A stretch of DNA of 64,000 nt from Eledone cirrhosa (lineage: Eukaryota), in assembly GCA_964016885.1 (NCBI GenBank), contig OZ024757.1:27590001-27654000 (forward strand), given 5' to 3'. This document shows, one piece after another, positions 13,546 through 27,138 of this stretch. The notes beneath the pieces are model-generated. The model saw nothing but the letters and a program-made list of their open reading frames with translations, was not told the DNA's origin and searched no databases. A program made the position numbers and the translations under genes. The stretch's first letter is position 1; each line of letters begins with the position of its first letter.

Positions 13546-14649
13546 TGTAATGATTTATATTTTCAAAAAATCAGTTTGTTCAACCTTGTAGTGGTTCTAA
13601 GTCTGTCTGTCTTTTGGGTTTCCTTTTATTTTCTATTTCCTTCTTCCCTCCATGTGATGTGTGGTTCCTCTCCCCATCCCTTTTGTAGTAAATAAGTAGA
13701 CCATTGATAATTCAATTTTAAGCATTGTTTGCAATCTTTTACAATCCTGAGAGCTGGTGTGGGAGGAAAGAATAGATGGGGTGGTGAGGAATAACAAAAG
13801 CACAATCTCTCTTTGTCTTCCTCTCTCTCCCTCTCTCTTTGCCTTCCTCTTTTGCTCTCTACCTCTCTTATATCCTGTTTCCCCTCTTTCTCCCTCTTTT
13901 TCTTCCTCTCAGCCTCCCACCTCCTATCATTTCTCTCTGTCCCTACCCTGAATTGTTTCCCTCTTTTTTCTTTTTCTGTCTTTCTGAATTCTTCCCCACA
14001 TTCTAAGTAGAGAGAAAGAGAAAGAGAACAGGGGAGATGGAGAGAGAGAGAGGGGGAAGAGAAAGTGCAGGGAGGGAAAGAGAGAGAACAGTAAGAGGGG
14101 AGGACATAAATCTCAATTTGGTAGGGGGTGGTTATTGTAATTGTTTTAAATTATTTCATGAGAAGTTCTTGTTGGTTTAATTTTTTTTTCAAGAATGGTG
14201 CTTGTTGTTGTGGTGGTTGTAGTGGTGATGATGGCAGTGGTGGTGATGGTGGTGGTGGTGATGGTGGTGATGGCTGTGGTGGTGGTGGTGATTGTGGTTG
14301 TGATGGTGATGGTGGTTATGGTGATAATGGTTGTGGTGATGGTGGTGGTGTTGGTGGTGATGATGGTAGTGGTAGTGGTGGTGGTTGTTGTAGTGATGTG
14401 GTGGTTGTGGTGGTGTGGTGATGATGGCAGTGGTTGTAGTGGTTGTGATGATGGTGATTGTGGTTGAGGTGGTTATGATGGCAGTAGTGGTGGTTGTAGT
14501 GATGTGGTGGTTGTGGTTGTCGGTTGAAACCAAACCTGCCAGTATACCACTCTGATTCTATGAAACAAAACCAACCAATTTAATGAGCTCCTATTTAAAT
14601 AAATAACTTCTAACTCTTTTATATAAGAACCATATGCTAAATTACTGTC

Positions 14650-15350
14650 CCACAACAAAAAGTGCCCAACCCACACAGTGAAGTGGTTATTTCAGTACTT
14701 CAACGAAAAGCACCTGGTCCACATGTAAAGTGGTTGTTACAGTACCATGACAAAAAGCGCCCAGCCCACATGTAAAGTGGTTGTTTTAGAAGCACAACAA
14801 AAATCCCCCAGTCCACATGTAAACTGGTTGTTTTAGTACCACAACAAAAAGCCTTCAGTCCACATGTAAAGGGGTTGTTTTAGTGCCACAACAAAAAGCT
14901 CCCAGTCCACATGTAAATGGGTTGTTTTAGTGCCACAACAAAAAGCCCCCAGTCCACATGTAAAGGGGTTGTTTTAGTACCACGACAAAAAGCCCCCAAT
15001 CCACATGTAAACCAGTTGTTTTAGTACCACAACAAAAATTCCACAGTCCACATGTAAAGGGGTTGTTTTAGCAGCATGACAAAAAGCCCCCAGTCCACAT
15101 GTAAAGGGGTTGTTTTAGTACCACAACAAAAAGCCCCCAATCCACATGTAAATGGGGTTGTTTTAATACCACGACAAAAAGACCCCAGTCCACATGTAAA
15201 GGGGTTGTTTTAGTACCACGACAAAAAGCCCCCAGTCCATACTGTAAATGTGGTTGGCGTTAGGAAGGGCATCCAGCCATAGAAACCAATCCAGAAACAG
15301 TTCTGCATGAGCAAGACACAGTCATCAAACCTGACTTGTCTCAAATGGGA
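14650..15350 (+). repeat. 47-bp tandem array (about 12 copies) ending in an RTE/SINE-type tail
   Basis: CCACATGTAAAGGGGTTGTTTTAGTACCACAACAAAAAGCCCCCAGT repeats followed by GCGTTAGGAAGGGCATCCAG. Confidence 0.85.
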
Positions 15351-15619
15351 CAACTTATTGTGTTTTTTTATTAGTAGTTATGTATGTATGTATGTGTCTA
15401 TATTTATGTGTGTATATGTATTGATGTTCCATATTTGTGTTTATTTTTCTCTGTGTATGTGTATCTGTGTGTGTATTTGTTCATGTATGAGTGTCTCTGT
15501 ATGCATCAGTGTGTGTGTATAGATATGTAACTATCTTGTGTGATTCCTGTTTGTGTGTGTGTGTATATATATATATATACACGATTATACTTAAACACAT
15601 ACACACGTACACACACGTG

Positions 15620-15650
<31 letters not shown>

Positions 15651-15702
15651 ATATATACATATTAAAATATAAATATTAATAAAATAGATGTTCTTTTGAT
15701 CA

Positions 15703-15765
15703 ATTACATTTTATTATACATATTTCGGATGTACAACAGTATGTCCTCATCAGACAAAATATAAT
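15703..15765 (-). ncRNA. Type I hammerhead ribozyme motif
   Basis: Minus strand ATTATATTTTGT-CTGATGA-GGACATAC TGTT GTACATCC-GAAA-TATGTA-TA-ATAAAATGTAAT; 12-bp stem I with 2 GU pairs, G-C closing pair on stem II, AUA triplet. Confidence 0.8.
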
Positions 15766-15892
15766 GATACATGACATACCCTGAGATGTTAAATGGTTAA
15801 GATTTAAACTCCAGAAAATTATTTTTTGTAGAGTGCTTCCAATCTACTGTAAAACTCATTCTTTGACATAATCATTGAATATCGTTTAACAC

Positions 15893-15978
<86 letters not shown>

Positions 15979-16089
15979 TCATCATCATCATCGTTTAACG
16001 TCCATTTTCCATGCTAGCATATATATATATATACATATATATATATACATATATACATATACATACATATATATATACATATATATCAT

Positions 16090-16350
16090 CATCATCATTT
16101 CATTTTACGTCCGCTTTTCCCTGCTTGCAAGGGTGGGACAGGAACTGATTCTGGCTTGATTTCTACAGCTGGATGCCCTTCCTAACACCAACCTCATTTA
16201 CAGTGAGTGCTGGGTGCTTTTTTGCCGTGGCACCACCACGACCACTTTGCAGTGGAATGATCGGGACCCCAGTCCCTATCATCTCATTTCTACAGCTGAG
16301 TAAACTGGAGCAATATGAAATAAAGTGCCTTGCTCAAGGAAACAACACAT
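16090..16350 (-). mobile_element. SINE family B, 5' truncated
   Basis: Near-identical to 10975-11235. Confidence 0.85.
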
Positions 16351-16481
16351 TGCCTTGTCATATACATATACATATATATACATATACATACATATATATA
16401 TATACATATACATACATATATATATACATATACATACATATATATATACATATACATACATATATACATATACATACATAC

Positions 16482-16528
<47 letters not shown>

Positions 16529-16672
16529 ATACATACATATATATATATACATACATACATATATATATATACATACATACATATATATATACATACATAC
16601 ATATATATATATATACATACATATATATATACATACATACATATATATATACATACATATATATACATATAC

Positions 16673-16706
<34 letters not shown>

Positions 16707-16756
16707 ATATATACATACATACATATATATATACATATATATATATACATACATAC

Positions 16757-16945
<189 letters not shown>

Positions 16946-16968
16946 TATACATGTATATATACATATAA

Positions 16969-17693
16969 GCTTGCATGCTCCGCTGGATGTGTAATAGTAA
17001 TATACGTGAACGGCAAAGCATAAACGAACTAAAGAAAAAATTAGAAATAAGAGGGATCAGATGTTGTTTACTCGAGAGAAGGCTACGTTGGTATGGACAC
17101 GTGATGCGCATGAAAGTCGATAGCTGTATAACAAAGTGCAGGGTAATAAAGATAGACGGTAGCCACGGAATAGGCAGACCTAGAAAAACCTGGGACGAGC
17201 TGATAAACTCCGACCTCACACACTTACACCTCTCCAAGACAATGTCACTGGACCGAGACCTTTGGCGGTACTCAGTAACAGAGAAGACCCGCCTTACCTA
17301 AATATATAGTAAAACCTACTCCAGCCAGTAGGCATCTCTAACAAAATACACCCCGTCCCACCACCACCACCCCCACCCCATCCACACCACCCCGTTCTAT
17401 GTAAAGTTATGTTGGTGCCGCGCCATCCAGGCCGAAACAAATGAGATCGTGTAGGTGTCACGACAAAAAAACACACAGTCCACGCTGTAATGTGGCCGTG
17501 TAGGCAACATGGTAAAAACCTCCCAGACCCACACTGTAAATGTGGTTGGTGTTAGGAAGGGCATCCAACTGTAGAAAACCTGCCAGACAGTCCTATGCGA
17601 GCAAGACAATCACTCTTGCCTCAAGTGGGACTAACCCCGTCCAAACCCATGCCAGCGTGGAACACGGACGTTAAACGTTGATGATGATGATGA
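16969..17693 (+). mobile_element. RTE-clade LINE 3' end (ORF C-terminus, 3' UTR and (GAT)n tail)
   Basis: [12 protein letters not shown]...GRPRKTW motifs typical of RTE ORFs; tail GGACGTTAAACGTT(GAT)n. Confidence 0.9.
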
Positions 17694-17749
17694 TACATAT
17701 ATATATACATATATACATATACATATATATATATATACATATACATACA

Positions 17750-17799
<50 letters not shown>

Positions 17800-17810
17800 C
17801 ATATACATAC

Positions 17811-17841
<31 letters not shown>

Positions 17842-17856
17842 CATATATATATATAC

Positions 17857-17887
<31 letters not shown>

Positions 17888-17928
17888 CATATACATACAT
17901 ATATATATATATATATACATATACATAC

Positions 17929-17997
<69 letters not shown>

Positions 17998-18049
17998 AAC
18001 ATATATATATATATATACGTTTGTATGTATGTGTTTAAGTATACTCCTG

Positions 18050-18095
<46 letters not shown>

Positions 18096-19709
18096 TGTGT
18101 ACATGTGTATGTGTTTAACTATACTCCTGTATATACATGTATGCATATGTGTGTGAATGTATGTATGGCTCTATTGACTCACCCCTCCCCTCCTTCTCCC
18201 ATCTACTCAATCACAAGCAAACCTCTATGACTCATACTAACTGCTCCATTCTCTGGTCACAGACCTCATATTCCAATACATCAAATCCACCAATATTCTA
18301 AAGATCACCACCACCACTATCATCTTCATCATCATCTTCATCATCATCATCATCATCATCATCATTACACTCAGCAGCATCACCACCACCACCACCACCG
18401 CTATCATCTTCATCACCAACACTATCCTCATTCATCATCATCATCACCACTCTCATCACCACCAACATCATCAACACCTTTACCACCATCACCACCACCA
18501 TCATCACCACTATCATCTTCATCACCAAAACTATCCTCATTCATCATCACCACTCTCATCACCACCAACATCATCAACACCTTTACCACCATCACCACCA
18601 CTATCATTTTCATCACCATCACTATCATCATCACTCTCATCAGCATCGCCACCACCACCACCACCACCACCAACAACACCACCATTACTACCAGAAAAGC
18701 CACCATCCTTGCCAGCACTACTACTATCCTCTTCAACACCACTACCATCAGTATCATAATCATCACTACCACTACCACTGCCATCATCATCTCCATTTTC
18801 ACCACAACCACCACTCCTATAACCTCCACCCTCACCATCACCACTCCTATAGCCACCACCACCACCACCACCACCACTACAACCATCTTCACCACCATTA
18901 CCACAATATTTGCTGTCCCACCAACTTCAGTTCTGTATATATCTCAGGTGTGTGTGTTAAGTTTTTAATATTTTTTTTTGTATATTTTCTTTTGCATATA
19001 TATCATCATCATCATCGATGCTAGCATGGGTTAAATATATATGTGGATGTATATATATATGAATATATAATATATGAATATATAATATATAATATATAAT
19101 ATATAATATATATATAAATGTAAGTCCAAAGAATCATTAGATAAAATATATACAGTATTTCCTCTCCCAAACAGTATAAATTAACCAGACAAAAACATCA
19201 TTGAGGCTATAAGTTTAAAAAGAAATAGACAAATGATATATATATATAATATATATATAATATATATAATATATATACACACACACAGTGTCCCCCCCAA
19301 AAAAATATCTACACATATTTATTAGAATACTGTTGAAGTGTGTATACATTTTGGGGGGACAGCCTGTGTGTATATATGTGCGTGTATGTGTGTGGTATAC
19401 ATGTATCTGTTTATGTGTATTTGCATACATATGTATGTGAGTGTGCTGGTATGCTCCTCACCCACCCCTTATGTGCACAGAGAGATAACCAGCATATGTT
19501 TGATAGAAACTAAGGTTGATCTTATGTTGTCCTGTTTAAAGAAATTGCCCCACCATGGGGGCTCCATTGTTAATAAACCCCACCCATAAATACACACATC
19601 CCTTTATCTGTTTGTTTAAACTAGAGTAACTCCTCCATTCTTACCCAACATCACATTAGTTGATGACTCACTGACCAGGTGATATTTCCCTCCTCTGGTC
19701 ACTATATAT

Positions 19710-20060
19710 ATCATCATCATCATCATCATTTTACGTCCGCTTTTCCCTGCTTGCAAGGGTGGGACGGGAACTGATTCTGGCTTGATTTCTACAGCTGGAT
19801 GCCCTTCCTAACACCAACCTCATTTACAGTGAGTGCTGGGTGCTTTTTTTCCGTGGCGCCTACACGTCCACTTTACAGTGTGGGCTGGGTGCTTTTTTGC
19901 CGTGGCACCTCCACGACCACTTTGCAGTGGAATGATAGGAACCCAGTCCTATCATCTCATTTCTACAGCTGAGTAAACTGGAGCAATGTGAAATAAAGTG
20001 TCTTGCTCAAGGAAACCACACATCACCCGGTCTGAGAATTGAACTCACAACCTTTCTATT
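19710..20060 (-). mobile_element. SINE family B
   Basis: Matches 10975-11310 with an extra internal unit. Confidence 0.85.
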
Positions 20061-20091
20061 GTTAAAATGATTATATATATATATAATCATT

Positions 20092-20246
20092 TCACCCTTT
20101 AGCATATGGTCATATCCAGCCATAACTGGGCGCTCATATTGATGTTAAGGTATTGTTCTCAAAATAAATGATATCAGAATCGTATAAAAACTTTACCGTG
20201 AAAATACAATAGTAAATATGGAGTAATGTAAATGTTAAAGGGTTAA
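20092..20246 (+). mobile_element. MITE M1, internally deleted
   Basis: CCCTTTAGCAT...TAAAGGGTTAA. Confidence 0.7.
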
Positions 20247-20514
20247 GGTGGTGTTTCTTTCCATGCTAGCATGGGCTGGATTTGTTGTCACAGACCAAGC
20301 CAGTATTTAATTGAAACTATTGTCCTCTCAGACAGGCGAGCGTGTATTGGATTTGGCATGGTTTCAATAGGTAGATGCTCTTCCTATTGCCAACTACTTT
20401 ACAGTATGTATTGGGTTCATTTTTTTCCCTAGACACAACCAATGCATCCTCTCAACACGCACATGTGCACATGCAAGGAAAGAAACTGATCTTCCAGATC
20501 CCACCTAGGAAATA

Positions 20515-20648
20515 ATTCTTTCTACTTTTGGCACAAGGCCAGCAATTATCCCAGTACATTACTGGTACTTTATTTTATCAACCCCGTAAGGATGAAAGGC
20601 AAAGTTAACCTCGGCGGGATTTGAACTCAGAATGGCAAGGGCCATAAC
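20515..20648 (-). mobile_element. SINE family A, partial
   Basis: Core match to the 7138-7270 region. Confidence 0.8.
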
Positions 20649-21277
20649 TAGGGAATAATGTTTCCATTGGTCTTTCCCCAATGCTGATATTATCTGTCAG
20701 TCAGTCACAACACCTGGGAAAAAAAAAAAAAATCATTGCTTTTCTGGGGACAGGAGATGGGACAGGAATTCAAAATATATTGAACTGGAACAGACAGTGC
20801 AAGACACCATTCCTGGCGTTTCAATAATTCCATCAATCTTCCATCCATGGATTGGTAATCAATTTATCGATTTAAAAAATTTTTTTGAGGGATGAAGTTC
20901 ATTTTATTCACAGTTGTATAAATCAGTGGTTCCCTGCCTTTTTTTTTTAGTTCATGGCCCACTTTGAAGCCAGAATTTGTCTGTGGCCCATGAAATTATT
21001 ATAGTGTAAAAAAATTACTTCTATTTTACATAGATTTTCATGCCTGGTTAATTAAAAGTTGTTCAAACACTAAGTAATTAGTAAATTTTCATAATCTAAA
21101 TATATTAAAATTATTTTAAGGACTAGTAGTCAGTCATATATATATATATAAAAGCTGTAAGGGAATCATTCTGTCATATTACCATAACAGAAGTCCAATG
21201 AGCTTTTGATTCCAGAGTCGGGCCTGATCAATCGCAAAATGCGCGTGTCACACCTCAATAGATGTAATGAAAATTTA

Positions 21278-21525
21278 ACACCTTGTCCACATTGGTGCCC
21301 TCCCCAGGTGCCCTAGAAGTGCCAAGCTGTTCAAGATTGGTAGGGTACCTGAGCCGCTCCTATTGGGGAATTTATTTTGTTATTTTTATACAGTTTATTT
21401 ATTTTTTTTTTTTTTTGTTAAATTGGTTTTGTTATTATGCACTTTTACTCGAGCTTATTGTAAACCCCCACTGTCCATGTCTTTGTATTGTCCCCTACAT
21501 GTCGGCCCTTGTGGCTAATAAATGA
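21278..21525 (+). mobile_element. Tx1-like LINE 3' UTR fragment (divergent subfamily)
   Basis: Ends CCCTTGTGGCTAATAAATGAAAT, like the 3' terminus of the 44.6 kb element; followed by (ATT)n. Confidence 0.65.
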
Positions 21526-22089
21526 AATCATTATTATTATTAGTAGTAGTATTATATATATATGATATGGATATATAATGTTTGTGTGTGTCAGAGAGAG
21601 ATAAGGATATATAGTATATATTATACACAAACACACACACATATATATACTATAGATATATAATGTGTGTGTATATCAGAGAGAAAGAGATGAGGTGGTA
21701 AGAAAGAGCCTGTGATGATGACTCAGCTTATGTTAAAGACAAGAAAGCTAAAGCAGAGACTGCCAGACTGTCATTAGAAGAAACAATCTTGTTTAAGAGA
21801 TGCCAGCACAGTGAAATGGAAGAAAGAAGGGAAAAAGATGATAATCCAATATTTCCTCTGAGTTTCTTGAGAGAAACATTTAGCAAAGTAATTATTATTG
21901 ATTAGTTTATAGGAATATTTTATATCACATAGACTTGTAGAGGAAACAGAGATATAAGTGGATACGGTGACAGATAAATGCCTTTATGACCATATTTCTC
22001 ATAAAGTACATTGTGTATGTGTTTCATTTAACACTTTTGATACCAAACTACCAGAAACTGCCCTGGGTTCTATGATACAAAATTATATT

Positions 22090-22318
22090 TTTACCCTTTA
22101 GCATTTAAACCATCCATATCTGCCCAGAATTCTCTCACCTATTTCTCTTCAAACCAGCTTAACGGGCTGCTCATACTGATGTTAAGGTATTGTTCTCTAA
22201 ATAAATAATACCAAAATCTCATAGTTTCGATATTATGTGAGATAATTATGTGAGGTAAAACCTTTACATATGAAAATATAATAGTAAATATAGTGTAATG
22301 TAAATACTAAACGTTTAA
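22090..22318 (+). mobile_element. MITE M1
   Basis: CCCTTTAGCATTTAAACC start; body matches other copies. Confidence 0.75.
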
Positions 22319-23380
22319 AACACTAAAAAAATGTTTAAAATAACCCTACATTACATTACAAATGGTTTGCAGACTCAGGGTATATGAAACACTGGGTCAT
22401 GGCTCCTGCCTCAAAGATCTGTGCAGTTCTGAAATGTCTTTAAATTAAACCCTAGGTTGTTGTGAGTCTTTCTTACCCATGTCCACATGTTGTTGTCTTG
22501 AAAGTTTTCAACCCCCTTTTTTCTCTTCATTGACTTGGGAACTCCTTATCAAGATTGAATCAACTGAAATTTGATTAGGGTTGTATTAATTTATTGGGGA
22601 TATATTTTCATTGTATGTGAGGGTCTGTGAGTATGTATGTATGTATATATGTGTGTATGTATGTGGGAGTGTGTGTGTATGTATGTATGCATGTATGTAT
22701 GTCAGTGTGTGTGAGGGAGGGACTCTATGTGTGTCTATGAATATGTATATATTTGTATCCATATCTATGTGAGGATGGTCTTTGTGTGTGTGTGTATGGG
22801 GGGGGGTTATGTGGGAGTTTGTGCATGTGTGTAAGGGAAGGGGGGGGGGTGTTGTTGTTGTTGTATGTATGTATTTCTGTCTCTGTGTGTGTGTGTGGTG
22901 TGTGATGCGTGTCTGTTTCTGTATCGGTGTGTATATATGTCTGTATGTGTGTATGAATATACACAATTTTAATTTAGATTTTATTTTCTTCCCAGGTGGG
23001 CCACTAACTTAAGATTAATTTTATCAACACATTTGACAATATCTCCCTCCCCCACTCTTTTCATCCAGCCATCTCCCTTCTTTGTGTCCTTCACTTTTTA
23101 ATTTAATACTGTTTATAACAAACTACATAAAAACACCCCTGGTTCAATGATAGAAAATGCTTTGTTTTAAAGTGTTTATATTTATCTTATGACTTTGAGA
23201 GAATTCTGGCTAGATACGGCCGGTTTAAATGCTAAAGGATTAAGCATGAAATTCTTGACCCTCAAGTATTGCTTCATAGTTATTATAAAATAAAGATATT
23301 CTATTTTTATAGTACTTCTAACTGCTTTATGTTGTTGTTACAGCTCATGCCCTTGTAGGTTTAGCTGGCTTCTTACATGC

Positions 23381-23596
23381 TTAACCCTTTAGCATTTACA
23401 TTACTCTATATTTACTATTTTATTTTCATGGTAAATAATTTATCTCACATAATATTGAATCTATGGGATTTTGGTAGTATTTATTTTGAGAACAATACCT
23501 TAACATAAGTATGAGCAGCTGGTTATGGCTGGTTTGAACAGAAAGAAGTGAGAGAATTCTGGCTGGATATGGCCAGTTTAAATGCTAAAGGGTTAA
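23381..23596 (-). mobile_element. piggyBac-type MITE M1, complete
   Basis: TTAA-CCCTTTAGCATTTA...TAAATGCTAAAGGG-TTAA, perfect 14-bp terminal inverted repeats. Confidence 0.9.
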
Positions 23597-23646
23597 AATA
23601 CCATTTTTTTAATAAAGACATTGAGGTGTGATTTGAGGAAGTCAAA

Positions 23647-23795
23647 GGATTGTACCTAGAATAGAGAATCGATAGCCATTTCATCATCATCATCATCATC
23701 ATCATCATCGTTTAACGTCCATCAAGCGTGGAAGATGGACGTTAAACAATGATGATGATGAAATGGCTATCGATTCTCTATTCTAGGTTCAATCC
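23647..23795. repeat. Long near-perfect inverted repeat (hairpin)
   Basis: GGATTGTACCTAGAATAGAGAATCGATAGCCATTTCATC... pairs with ...GATGAAATGGCTATCGATTCTCTATTCTAGGTTCAATCC. Confidence 0.9.
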
Positions 23796-23959
23796 GTTGT
23801 TAAGCTTCTTATTCCACTTATTTCCTGTAGGGATGGCGAAGGGTGGATAGAGATTGAGCACCTGATGGACACACACATACACATAAACACACATGTACAC
23901 ACATTGATGTCATACACTGACATGTAATAAACACATTGACAGATACACAAGGATTAACA

Positions 23960-24177
23960 CAGACACTCACACAGCACCTCTATACATATACAGACACACA
24001 GACACTCACACAGCACCTCTATACATATACAGACACACAGACACTCACACAGCACCTCTATACATATACAGACACACAGACACTCACACAGCACCTCTAT
24101 ACATATACAGACACACAGACACTCACACAGCACCTCTATACATATACAGACACACAGACACTCACACAGCACCTCTG
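23960..24177. repeat. 39-bp minisatellite, about 5.5 copies
   Basis: AGACACTCACACAGCACCTCTATACATATACAGACACAC units. Confidence 0.9.
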
Positions 24178-24799
24178 TCCAGCAATTTAATTCCACAAGT
24201 TCTGTTATTTGACACAATGTTGCATGTCACAGTCATTTAGTTAGCTCATTATACATTAATTGATGGAGGAGAGTGGTGTGGTGTAGTGTGGTGTGGTGTG
24301 CTGTTGTGGGGTGTGACATGTGGCGTTGTGTAGTGTGGGGTGCTGTGGTGTAGTGTGGTGTGCTGTGGTGTTGTGGGGTGTAGCATGGTCCGGTGTGGTG
24401 TGGTATATGGTGATGGTAGAGATGGTGGTAATATGATATAGCTTTCAGGTGGTGGTGGGAATAGGGCAGGGTGTCTCCTTGCCTTCATTCCTGTCACTCA
24501 TTTCTTCCACACCTAACTCACCATCTTTGCCTTTTTCTTTCTTTCATTTCCTTACTTTATTCCTCAGTCTGTCACTCTCCCCCCTTTCTCCCAACTTTAT
24601 ATATCTACTAGCAGAGTACCTGCCATCATCATCATCATCATCTGGCAGCCAACTTCCTTGCTAGGAAGGGTTGGATAGGTCTTTACAGACCAAGTCATTA
24701 TTCAAGTAGAGTTACTAACCTATCAGATGGGCTAGGTTAGGGTGGGTGCAAAATTGCACACATACACACACATATATATATGTATATATACAGCAAGAC

Positions 24800-25065
24800 A
24801 GACCACTGATGTCACCGTCTGTGACCACAGAAAGGTCATTGATGTCACCATATGTGATCACAGAGAGATCACTCAGTTATGTCACCAGTTGTGACCACAA
24901 AGAGGTCACTGATATCACCATCTATGACCACAAAGAGGTCATTGATGTCACCAACTGTGACCACAGAGAGATCACTCAGTTATGTCACCATCTATGACCA
25001 CAAAGAGATCATTGATGTCACCAACCGTGACCACAGAGAGGTCACTCAGTTATGTCACTAGCAGT
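24800..25065. repeat. Approx. 33-38 bp minisatellite with GTCAC/GTGAC dyads
   Basis: GATGTCACCATCTGTGACCACAGAGAGGTCACT-like units. Confidence 0.8.
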
Positions 25066-25616
25066 CACCCCAGGTCACCAAATACAATTATCAGTATTTG
25101 TTGATTCATTATCCCACCATTTCCAGAATTACTGCCATCTGTCCATTACCAGACCATGCCCCTCCCCAAGATCTGGGATGATCATGGTATCATTAATTTG
25201 TTTCTATGGCAACTAGTTGGTAACTAAGTTGATAATGATGATCACTATGTATATGATATATTGCATTCCTTGACCTCATTTAGGTGATGAAGGCCACTTT
25301 GCTGATTATTGTTGTTGTTGTTGTTGTTATGATGCTTCAAAGAACCCTAGGAATGTTAATTGTTTCTTAATGAAAATGTGTAGGTATGTGTTTGTGTGCA
25401 TGCATGTGAGTTTGTATAAGTGAGTGCATGTGTATGTGAGTGTGTGTGTCTTTGATAAAGTGTGAATGTTTATTTGCATTATATGTAAGCAGTATGTGTA
25501 AATGTGTAATGCATGTCCTTTATTAATGTGCAGTTGCAGATCTGCTGAAATTTGATGTTTCTAAAGTTGAATACATGTAGATGTATGTATTTATATATAT
25601 ATATATATATAGTATG

Positions 25617-25659
<43 letters not shown>

Positions 25660-25717
25660 TGTATGTATATATATATATATATATAGTATGTATGTATATA
25701 TATATATATATATAATA

Positions 25718-25758
<41 letters not shown>

Positions 25759-25800
25759 TGTATATATATATATATATATAATATATATGTATATATATAT

Positions 25801-25848
<48 letters not shown>

Positions 25849-26257
25849 GATGATGATATATAAAAGCAAAGTTAGATAGAATATTCTTTTCGTCTATCTT
25901 GTATGTGCATATATATAGTAATAATAATAAATTTGAAGACTAAAATCCAAAGAGGGCTCGATAAGGATAAATATATATCAAATATATAAGAACCGTAGAG
26001 CAATATATATATATATATCTATTTCAATCATATCTCATTTTGTTTGACTTGTTTAGCTTGTTCGCTTTTTTTGGCTATGGTGGTTAATGGCTTCTTAACC
26101 ATCGTCTCAGCGTGTATGACCATTTTAACTTATGTTTATAGCTCTGGTATCTTCTTCATATCCATGGAGCGCTTGTCTGCACAATATGGAAGTTGCGTTT
26201 CGCTAATTTCTACTCGCCGAAATGCGATTCTCGCTAAATTTGTGTGTGTGTGTGTGA

Positions 26258-26533
26258 GGGCACATGGCTCAGTGGATAGAGCATTGGGCTTGCAATCGAA
26301 AGGTTGTGAGTTCAATTCTCGAACCAGGTGATGTGTTGTTTCCTTGAGCAAGACACTTTATTTCACATTGCTCCAGTTTACTCAGCTGTAGAAATGAGAT
26401 GATAGGGACTGGAGTCCCTATCATTCCACTGCAAAGTGGTCGTGGAGGTGCCACGGCAAAAAAGCACCCAGCCCACACTGTAAAGTGGATGTGTAGGCGC
26501 CACGGAAAAAAAGCTCCCAGCACTCACTGTAAA
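26258..26533 (+). mobile_element. SINE family B, 3' truncated
   Basis: GGGCACATGGCTCAGTGGATAGAG head, GTTCAATTC B box, core as in other copies. Confidence 0.85.
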
Positions 26534-26659
26534 TTTGCTTTGCAAATTGAAGACAGCGACCGATAGAAGGGCCGCAGTGACCATAGCGACGAAAAAGACT
26601 GAACTCAGGAAAAATTTGACTAACCTGGACCGTCGCGTATATATATATAGATAGATATG

Positions 26660-26925
26660 TTTCTTTATTAGCCACAGGGGCACAAAAGAAGAGGACAAAT
26701 ACAAAGGGGGAACTTTACATACAATAAAAAACGTGTAAAATACTATCACAAATGCAATTTAAAAATTAATTGATTTTCCCCAATAGGGGGAGACATTTCA
26801 TATGGGTAACACATACCCTCGAAAAATGTGCAACCCTCATCTCCAGGAGTACGAAGAGTTTGTACCCCTTTTCCTTTCTTCCTCTTTTTCCTCAACCTAT
26901 AGGCTGATATAGAGAGAAGGCCCAT
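26660..26925 (-). mobile_element. 5'-truncated copy of the Tx1-like LINE (3' UTR and last ORF2 codons)
   Basis: Collinear with 44638-44903; flanked by TAGATAGATAT on both sides. Confidence 0.9.
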
Positions 26926-27094
26926 ATAGATAGCTAGATAGATATATGTGTGTGTGTATGCTTTTACCATTTTATGTATATACAAGCGTGTATATCTCAG
27001 CATGCTCTCTCACTACAACACATCTGCATATATACAATGTTTACCTGCACTATTCACCTTTGTGTGTGTGTGTGTGTGTATGTATGTGTGTGTA

Positions 27095-27138
<44 letters not shown>

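Noticed and set aside
14650-15245. CRISPR-like appearance of regular repeats (also 11620-12090 and 28765-29345)
   Set aside because: Units are contiguous with no unique spacers, there are no cas genes, and the context is eukaryotic
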